Source: Octopus bimaculoides (lineage: Eukaryota). From it: a stretch of 64,000 bases of DNA. Below the pieces are notes generated by a model that did not search any database, was not told the origin of the DNA, and was given only the letters and a program-made list of their open reading frames with translations. The DNA lies in the NCBI RefSeq assembly GCF_001194135.2, contig NC_068993.1, positions 64,670,775 through 64,734,774 of the forward strand. Reading direction: 5' to 3'. Positions 54,905 through 64,000 of this stretch are shown here, piece by piece (position 1 is the first letter of the stretch; every line of letters starts with the position of its first letter). Made by a program: the position numbers and the translations under genes.

Positions 54905-56016
54905 AGACATAAAAAAGTTCAAGGAAATCCTGTGAAGAAATCCAACCAACCTCTCAATTCTGCATCAGTATTGAACGAAACTCCGCGCATAGAATTTGAA
55001 AGAGATCGAAAGAGGTGGAAATCTTTGGTGCCAAATCAGGAGAGTACGTCGGATGTGGCAGCACTTCCCAGCCATGCGTTTGAATGGCTTCCTTGATCAT
55101 ATTGGCGATATGAGGGCGGGCACTGTCGTGCAGCAGAAGAACTCCATGCTGACGATTAGGTATTTTCTCTTGAATAGCCGTGTTGAGTTGTTCCATCTGT
55201 TGAACGTAGTGTTCCGCGTTGACCGTTTGGTTCCGTTCAAGCAATTCGTATTGGATAATCCCTTCTCAGTCCCACCATACGAACAACATCATTTTACGCG
55301 GATGAAGATCTTGTTTCACGCGCGGTGTCACTTGTTTACCGAGGCTAAGCCATTCGTTACGATGTTTCATATTGATGTACAGGCACCATTTTTCGATGTC
55401 AGTAACAATTCAGTAAAGAAATCGTTGCTTGTATCCATGAGTTGAGCGGTGACGAGCAAGCAAACCATTTGGCTCATTGATTTTTGTTGTCACTTAAAGC
55501 ATGCGGAACTCATGCACCATACTTCTGAACCTTTCCCATCGAGTGAAGATGCTTCTCTATAGCAGTGTGGGAGCATTCCATTTTCTCTGTCAGTTCCCTT
55601 GTCGTTTGACGAGAATTTTCGTGCAAAAGTTGGTTTAATCGCTATTCATCGAACTCAACTGGACGGCCAGAACGAGGTGCGTATTTGAAGTCAAAATTTC
55701 CATTTTTTAACTTGGCGTACCAATCACGAGCAGTTCTTTCAGCTATGGCACCCTCTCCATACACAGCACAAATGTTGCGAGCAGCTTTTGCGGCCTTAGA
55801 ACCTTGATTAAAAGCAAAAGGAAAGAGGTGTCGAAAATGCTCGTTTTTCTTAATTTGACATTACATTTTAATGATCTGAAAATAAACAAAATTTAACTAA
55901 AATTAACTAGAAAAAAAATATTCCAAAATGATTAAAAAATAGAATTCTCGCAAAAAATAGATTCCAAAATTTTAAAACGCAATAAATTCCAAAATTTAAA
56001 AAAACGGCTGGAACTT
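54905..56016 (-). mobile_element. Decayed mariner (Tc1/mariner, D,D34D-type) DNA transposon with transposase pseudogene
   Basis: From the ATG at 55866 the minus strand reads ...AARNICAVYGEGAIAERTARDWYAK...PRSGRP...(W*)VPHAL...IVTDIEKW...HPRKMMLFVWWD...LLLHDSARPH...PHPTYSPDLAP / frameshift / DFHLFRSLSNSMRG. It has multiple in-frame stops. The 5' end resembles a mariner TIR remnant (taagttccagccgtttt). Confidence 0.92.
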
Positions 56017-56017
56017 A

Positions 56018-56227
56018 GAAACAGCTGTAAGGCTACCTTTCTTTTTATAAATGACCTATAAATTCCACACAGCCTTGTGTCTCATTTTATTAAACATTTA
56101 CATGCTCAGACACAACCGCATTAGACTCCTTACATGTATTATGATCGAACCGAGAGTCTAATTACGGTCCTCCGGTAACACTTACATAGCCTTACCTGCC
56201 ATCTTGGGTCTTCTGAATACCAATACC
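56018..56227 (+). mobile_element. 5'-truncated family B tail (starts at GAAAC-AGCT-GTA)
   Basis: Aligns by eye to the reverse complement of 10890-11110, e.g. ggtattggtat..cagaagacccaag.tggcaggtaa.gctatgtaagtg. It lacks CUGAUGA and stem II. Confidence 0.8.
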
Positions 56228-56302
56228 TTTTATATATTGTATCGCTCTCTCTCTAAAAAGATAACGATATGATCGTCTTGTTATTTCTATGATCTTTTGC
56301 AG

Positions 56303-56427
56303 TAGTTTATCCTGTAACTGGCTAATCACAACTGATGATGCTCTGGAAATCGTTAAACTAAAGGTGCTTGATACAGAAATGGAGAATTCTACTGACTGTT
56401 CTAAGGATGTTGTTCATGTATACGACG
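56303..56427 (+). CDS. CUB2 exon b
   Basis: Acceptor gatcttttgcag|T and donor G|gtaagg; 125 nt, the same length as CUB1 exon b. Reads SLSCNWLITTDDALEIVKLKVLDTEMENSTDCSKDVVHVYD(G). Confidence 0.93.
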
Positions 56428-56479
56428 GTAAGGGGTTACTTGGCACATTTCATTATCTATTGATGTCTTCCTCTGTGCG

Positions 56480-56521
<42 letters not shown>

Positions 56522-56684
56522 CACATGTTCCAACCATTGGACGTGCGACGAAGCTAATCAATCATATGTGTCTACTTATTTAATATCTGATACTCTTGTC
56601 ATAGCCTTTTCGTTGAGCTGCTAAGTTACAAATCCATAAACAAGCAGACACCAATTGTGAAATGATAAGAGACAAACACAAAGA

Positions 56685-56719
<35 letters not shown>

Positions 56720-57558
56720 TGTTTGTGTACACATTGACTCAAGCGCATAAACACACATACAACACACGCACAAACATACAGATAAAAATTCATCCAGCGA
56801 TTAGAAAGTTTTTAAAAATTTTCTAAAAGAACAATAAACAAAAAGGAAGACATCCTACTACAGATAAAGATATAAAGAATGACAGAACAGCAAAAATTTA
56901 ACGCTTCGTCACTGAATGTCAAAATGGTAACATTCTAAATTATTTAAGATGCATTTTTTCCCCTCCAATTTGAAATGTTATATTCTATCAACAATTTTTA
57001 CCATTTCATTTCTTAAAGTATCTTTTACTTTGATTTCTTTTGTTTGTTTTTTTGTTTTTTTTTTCTTGCTAATATTGAGAAAATTTGACAGCCATAAGTT
57101 TTGCTTTCGAATTTATTTTTCATTAGCAATGATATGAAAAGTATTTACTCTCGGGAAAATAAAAAAATAACTTCATTGTTTCGTGATATATTTATTCTGT
57201 CGAAAGAAATCATGGAACTGATCTCACCAAAGATGTATTGCCTTACTCTGTTATCATGTCGCGTTGTAACCACGTCGCAATAAAATTACCAGTGACATTT
57301 TTACCTCAATAGAATTAGCTACGATGATTTTAAATCTGAGATTATACCAGACACTGTTGAAAAGCCTTTCAACTAAATATGTCACCGCTTATTAGATATT
57401 TTATCGGTGATTACATCAGCTAACAAGAGCCAAAGAAGACCGAAATCTTGAAAGTCTGATGGCCAGACTGATATGTTCGGGTTCACAAATTTAACAATTC
57501 AATTCTTGATCGACAGCAAAATAAATGAGCTAATTTGTTAATTCTTACTTTCTTGTAG

Positions 57559-57711
57559 GTGGCACTCCACGTAGCCCCAAACTAGGGTCGTGGTGCGGAA
57601 GTGACACCCCCGAATTTATCAGCACAGGCAGAAAGATGTATATAACATTCATCACAAATGATAAAGCACATTTTCGTGGATTTAAAGCTAAATTTATTTC
57701 AGAACAAAAAG
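57559..57711 (+). CDS. CUB2 exon c
   Basis: Acceptor cttactttcttgtag|GT and donor G|gtaggc; 153 nt, the same length as CUB1 exon c. Reads (G)GTPRSPKLGSWCGSDTPEFISTGRKMYITFITNDKAHFRGFKAKFISEQK. Confidence 0.93.
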
Positions 57712-57824
57712 GTAGGCAGCATTTTTTTTTTATATTACCTGATTGTGCTTAATCATCTTTTTCAGATAGATCTTCTACAAAGAGCCATTCAAGATTCACC
57801 CCCCCCCNNNNNNNNNNNNNNNNN

Positions 57825-57875
<51 letters not shown>

Positions 57876-59136
57876 CACATACACACACAGACAGAGCGGG
57901 AGAAAGTGAGTGAGAGAGTTGGAAGAAATGGAACCTAGGAACGATTGACAGAAAAACAGAAATAAATATCAAAATCCTCTCCTCAGCTACAGAAAACAAA
58001 TTCCTCATAGTTTCGGCGTATTTAAATTCTAGAGATTTTAAACTCCCTGATAATAACGAATCTGAGAAGTGTGGCTTATTATTCTATGCGCGTAGTCTTT
58101 TCGTCACACCATGTTAAAGGAATTTATGGTATACTTCTTTTATGGTAGCCATCAATGAGCTTTTATCCCTAAAGGTCCTGGCTGGTTTGTCTCTCAAGAA
58201 GGTAGGTTGCCATTCATTTGGTTTCAATGAAGCGGCCATATTTGGATGACGATTTCCAAAGTATCTTGGTTGTCCATATTGAACAAATCTATGTTTGGTT
58301 CTTATTTCATCAGTCTCTATAAATCGATGTGCTAAGTTACTGCTTCAACATACATGAATGCACCACAACGTCATTTTTCATAGCTTACACACAGACACAA
58401 AATCATAGAAAGAAGAGCACTAGCAACGCGCGCGAGCGCGCGCCCGTGTAGTCAACCATAGCCAATATCGTCCAAACTTACTTTCTAATCGTGCCTCACA
58501 CTAGTATGGAACTCGAGTAATCCCTACGATCATTTATCTAAATCGACATTAGCATTGAATAAAATATCATTTTTATTGTTTGTATTCTGGTTTTCTTCGT
58601 TTCGATTTACTGAACTAGAAACATGTGTAAAATTTAATTTGTGCGAGCGTCTTGCAATACCATATTTAAGAATTATTATATTTCGTATAGTCCTATCTTC
58701 ACTAATTATCGCTCATGTTCTCTACACTTTTGTAAAGTAAACTGGAAAGATAAATATCAAGCGGCATTTAGGCTCTAATTACTATCAATTAAGCATGACC
58801 TCGCTCCAATCCTCTCGTATCTAATGCAAAGACTTAACAAAGTGATGTGAAGTATTTACATGCTCGAGAATGAAAATTACAATCTATAATAGTACAGTTT
58901 CAGCGAAATGGCCCTTGTCATGAATACATTTGCAAATTATATTATATGCCTGAATATGAGTAGAGAATTTGGAATCTATTGTTAGATAAAGTTAATTGTA
59001 TTCCCGGTGCAACTAGCAATAACATTGCTTCGTTTACGCTGTGTTTAATGTACTGAATACGGCTGTTCATCATACACATACATGCACCACATTTGACACA
59101 TACATACGCATATAGATACATACATACATGCAGATG

Positions 59137-59172
<36 letters not shown>

Positions 59173-59503
59173 NNNNNNNNNNNNNNNNNNNNNNNNNNNN
59201 NNNNNNNNNNNNNNNNNNNNNNNNNNNNNNNNNNNNNNNNNNNNNNNNNNNNNNNNNNNNNNNNNNNNNNNNNNNNNNNNNNNNNNNNNNNNNNNNNNNN
59301 NNNNNNNNNNNNNNNNNNNNNNNNNNNNNNNNNNNNNNNNNNNNNNNNNNNNNNNNNNNNNNNNNNNNNNNNNNNNNNNNNNNNNNNNNNNNNNNNNNNN
59401 NNNNNNNNNNNNNNNNNNNNNNNNNNNNNNNNNNNNNNNNNNNNNNNNNNNNNNNNNNNNNNNNNNNNNNNNNNNNNNNNNNNNNNNNNNNNNNNNNNNN
59501 NNN
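59173..59503. other. Assembly gap (others at 216-260, 16917-16960, 33049-33058, 45864-45907, 47513-47634, 51555-51597, 57808-57824)
   Basis: N runs, mostly flanked by microsatellites or C-runs; true sizes unknown. Confidence 0.98.
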
Positions 59504-59675
59504 CGATGCTGGTGTGTTTACGTCCCCGTAACTTAGCGGTTCGGCAAAAGAGACCGATAGAATAAATACTAGGCTTACAAAGAATAAGTCCTGGGGTCGA
59601 TTTGCTCGAATAAAGGTGGGGCTCCAGCATGGCCGCAGTCAAATGACTGAAACAAGTAAAAGAGTAAAAGAGAGA
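59504..59675 (+). mobile_element. SINE 3' portion (also at ~6401-6490)
   Basis: Shared aataagtcctggggt(c/t)gat.tgctcga...gctccagcatggccgcagtcaaatgact at both loci. Confidence 0.8.
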
Positions 59676-61420
59676 TTGTACATTAGCAAATGAGAATATT
59701 TCATTGTGAAACTTCTAGAACAAATGAGATAGAGTCTGTAATCTGTGGTGTAAATGTTCTAGAAATATCACAACTGTGACGCATCTATTTATGGTTTTTA
59801 GCTGAGGAAGAAGCGTAATTAAGATACCTTGTGAAATCTTTGTTATAATTACAAGATTAACTTTTCTGAAGCTCTTAGAGATTCTAATCCATATGCTATT
59901 AATTAAGAATTATAATTGTTGTTAAGTGGGTTTTTTTTGTTTTTAACGTAAATAGCTAATTAAACTGTTTAAAGTATTTTAAATGAAAATATACGAAAGA
60001 TACTTCGAATCTCGTGCAGAAATTGGAGCTAGTAGTCAGCTGGGTGGGTTGGGGTTCTGCATAGGTTCACCGATTTCCCATCGAGCCAATTAATGAACCG
60101 CTGTGAGTTCGTTCAACCTACTAGAAACAGAAACCAAATAGCCTTCGAATGATATTTCACAATATAAATAAATAATACAAAAATGGTGGTAACTGACTGT
60201 CTATGAACACGTGATAAATTTGCATTATACAACACATTCCTGTCTATATGATAATGTCCCATTCAGAAGAGTCACCTCAAATTATTTTTCACTAAAATGA
60301 GAATTATGGAATGGATTCAGGAATATGGCGTCGGTTGCTGATGTTTAGCTCCGGCTCAGCTCTCGAGTATATATAGACATTCACACACACACACACACAC
60401 ACACACATGGATATACATCTACGTATACAAGTATGCGTGTGTATCTATATATGTAAAAACGCATGCACACATACATATAATCTAGAATTCCTGTGAAGCT
60501 CTCCATTAACCGTATCTGCGTTGCATTTTTATAGCCTCTAAAGCACATTTTTCAAGTTTGGAAATACATAATTGTCACATCCACCTGTTCTGCTCCATCG
60601 ATCAGGATCAATACAGCAGAGAGCTCGAAAATCGATACAAAAATATATTCTATTTTTCACAAAATATAAGGTGGAATTAGTACTCGTGAAATTAGTACTT
60701 ATGTTCAACAATGCTCAGAAATATCAATACACACATCTCTTCTCTGTACCCCTCAATCTTCATATAAATACATTCAGACATACCTACATGCATACTTACA
60801 TATACAGATACGTGCACACATACATACGTACAAACATGCATACGTGCACAGATATATAATTCTTTGTTGGAATCTCGAAGAAGGAATCATTACATACCTT
60901 ACAGCGTAATTATGAAAATCCTTCGGCCGACAGTTTTCAGAGTGGAGTGCCGTTGTATTGTTTGTGAAATTAGTCGCACCCCAATGGGATCTAGTTTCGG
61001 TGAAGACAGGAATGTGAATTGACAATAGGCTCCCTATATTACTGGTAAGAAGCATATGTCAGAATTTCTGTTTGCACGCTTCTTGCTTTCAGAAGTAATT
61101 TTTGACTCGCAATTAGATTCAGAGAGCAAGTAGGTGAGATTTGATGCTGAAATTATAAAAAGTGTAGTTAGTCCATGTAGATTATCTTAAATAATATCGA
61201 ATAAAAAAAAAATGAATAATAACAAAACTAAGGAGTAATTAGATTCCTGAATTGCGAAAACGTACTATGAAAGACTCAAAGAGTCGTTCAACATTCGGTC
61301 GACTGCTTGAAAAGAACCCTAGTTTACAGAATGTCAAACATTTGGTGGAATTACGTCGATGACCAAGCTGGGGAATTAGTAACACACTCGCAGCTATCTC
61401 AACTTATTTCACAAATCATT

Positions 61421-61873
61421 TTAATATTGATTTCAAATTTTGGCACAAGTCCAGAAGCTTTAGCGGGAGGTATATGTCGACTACATCCATCCCACTGCTC
61501 AATCGGTACTCATTTTCATCGACCCCGAAAGAATGAATGGCAAAGTCGACCTCGGCGGAATTTGAGCCCAGAACGTAAAGACGGACGAAATACTGCTAAC
61601 CATTTCGCCAGGCGTACTAATGTTTCTGCCATTTCGCCGCCTTAGCATTATTTTAATATTTTTTTCTACTCTAGGCACAAGGCTCGAAATTTTGGGGGAG
61701 GGAGCCAGTCGATTAGATCGACCCCAGTACGCAACTGGTACTTAATTTATCGACTCTGAAAGGATGAAAGGCAAATTCGACCTTGTCGGACTTTGAACTC
61801 AGAACGTAGTGAGACGAAATACCGCTAAGCATTTCACCCAGAGTGCCAACGTTTCTGCCAGCACGCCGCCTTA
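61421..61873 (-). mobile_element. Two head-to-tail tRNA-derived SINEs (61421-61644, ~61652-61873)
   Basis: Both end on + in cgccgcctta and share cgaccccgaaag/aaggatgaaaggcaaa and agaacgta..gacgaaatac.gcta. Confidence 0.85.
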
Positions 61874-62340
61874 ATCGTTAACCAATATTACAAGAAGAAT
61901 TATGGCTCGGATGGTAACGTTTAGAAACGGCTCAAGGTACTGTATAATCAGCCACAGTTTTACATTCGCCCCTACCACCATTTACCTATATCTCTAAGCG
62001 GATCGTTATTCTAAACGAACAAACAACAAATGTCGACGAAAGTTGTATATGATCAACATTGGCAAAAAGGGGTTCCACTTGCTGCTTGCTGTTCATTTTG
62101 TGTTGTAGAGCAGCAGCAGCAGATGGCAGGCCATCAACTAAATTATGCAATCGGTAGCGATATTTTGAGTGATTTATCAAATCATGTTACGCCTATATAA
62201 ATACATAAAAGTTTGCCTATATACACACACATGCACATAGATGCATGCAGGTATCATGCAAATTCATTCATGTACTTACATCCATATGAGTGTGTGTGTT
62301 TGAATATGTATATACATATTTGCACTTGTGTGTGTGTGTG

Positions 62341-62413
<73 letters not shown>

Positions 62414-62748
62414 GTATTTATATATATGTGTGTGTGTATATATGTGTGTGTGTGTATGTTTGTATGTGTATGTATATATATATATATATATAATACTAAC
62501 ATATTTTGATGTGGATATATAATGTAGGTACATATGTGAGTGTGTATGTCTGTGTATTATATATGCATGAAGACTGTGATTATTTCTCTATGCGTAATAT
62601 CCTTTGCCTCTGTATCAATATATCACTGCTTAACCAAGAAATTTAAACGAGTTAATGTATCTTCATCAGTTAATGAGTTAATCCATTAAATAATGCATGT
62701 TTTATTTATTTATTTCATCTATAATTGTTCCAGTACTAAATGAGTATG

Positions 62749-62790
<42 letters not shown>

Positions 62791-64000
62791 ACACACATAT
62801 ACACCCGCACTTTACGTCTCTCTGTGTATGTATATGTTTGTGTGCGCGTATGATCTATGATGTTGCTGTTTGTTTCGTGTCTGTACGTTGAGAGTTTATG
62901 CATTGAAATTATTGATAGCGTTGATATTCATGGTTTCAAATTTTATAGTGTAATATTGCCTTGGCTGTTTCAATAATGTACTTAGTTTTGTTTTGTATTT
63001 GCGCTGTTATCTTATTACTTCTATCAGTGGAATGAGTGTTGCTGTTCATGGAAATGATATTATTTTCAATGCTATTTTGCGCAACAAAATACAATTGATA
63101 CATTTTCAACCGGCGCTGACTGTTACAAACAGATGTAAGCATCTTGTCTTTATATGCAATATCTTTGTGGTCACTAAAAGACGGATCACATCACCCAAAC
63201 TACCTTCAGTCTGGCAGGGATTTCATTTGGACTCTTTTCAATTGTCTGTAGAGGAACTCATTACAATCCCAACTACTTCCAATGAATTAAATAAATCGGA
63301 TAACGTGTTTTGCTTATCCAATGTACTCTTGGCAGCTAGTTAATAAATGAAAGGCTCGTCAATAATGCTTTGCTTCAATATTATACAACCATACACGACC
63401 CCACATATGTATGTGTGCATGTGTGTGTGTGTGTGTGCATGTCTGTAGGTAGGTAGGTAGGTAGGTAGGTAGGTAGGTAGGTAGGTATAAGTACGTATGT
63501 ACTAAATGCAGAAATAATTCAACTGACCTTAAGAATACACTGTGTTATCGACAGGTATAAGCATTATCTCTTGCCATGGACAGAAAGTAGGATTTCAGCA
63601 GATTAATTTCAATCCTGGGTTGGGGCTCTATCAATGACATCGTCACATAGAATCAATAGGCATTTTCTTTTTGGAAACTCAATAGACTCTACATTTGTCT
63701 TCATTTGCCATATTTACAAAAGGCATTATTCGATAAGGGGAAAATGTGTTATGTTACAACAGCTATAGACGATCTAGACTGAATAAACTCAAATCCACGA
63801 AATCGGCAGAAGAAAAGGAATTTAAAACTGACTTAGAAAATATTTGTTTATATTATTACGTTAAACCCAAAGTACTTCTTGCGCACAAAGCTATTTGGGA
63901 AAGAAATGTATAAAATTTAAGAAATATAAGAAAGAAAGGCAGTATTATATATCTTACTTATTACCTGTTACTCGTTTTAGGCATTAGAACGCTGCCATAT

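Overview
AT-rich, microsatellite-dense animal genomic DNA with 8 assembly gaps. The SINE families and repeat landscape point to a coleoid cephalopod, probably Octopus (inference from recalled repeat families, no search run). Almost all ORF-track entries are microsatellite artefacts. One real gene fragment is supported on the + strand: six GT-AG exons (4971-5067, 8010-8134, 15612-15764, 53943-54036, 56303-56427, 57559-57711). They splice in frame (747 nt) into two tandem CUB domains with matching 97/125/153 and 94/125/153 nt exon architecture; the gene start and end were not found in the window. The introns hold many tRNA-derived SINEs, a decayed near-full-length mariner (D,D34D-type), R4/Dong-like and other LINE fragments, and simple repeats. 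The most striking signal is two unrelated families of palindromic (inverted-arm) elements whose arms each carry a minimal type I hammerhead ribozyme motif with a palindromic stem III, the form known from Penelope-like elements. In one family (25.3-25.8 kb, second copy at 14.4-14.6 kb) each arm is a tRNA-like Pol III head, then (AAT)n, then a hammerhead, arranged head-to-head. This looks like a bidirectional Pol III/ribozyme SINE-like unit. Ribozyme activity and novelty are untested.
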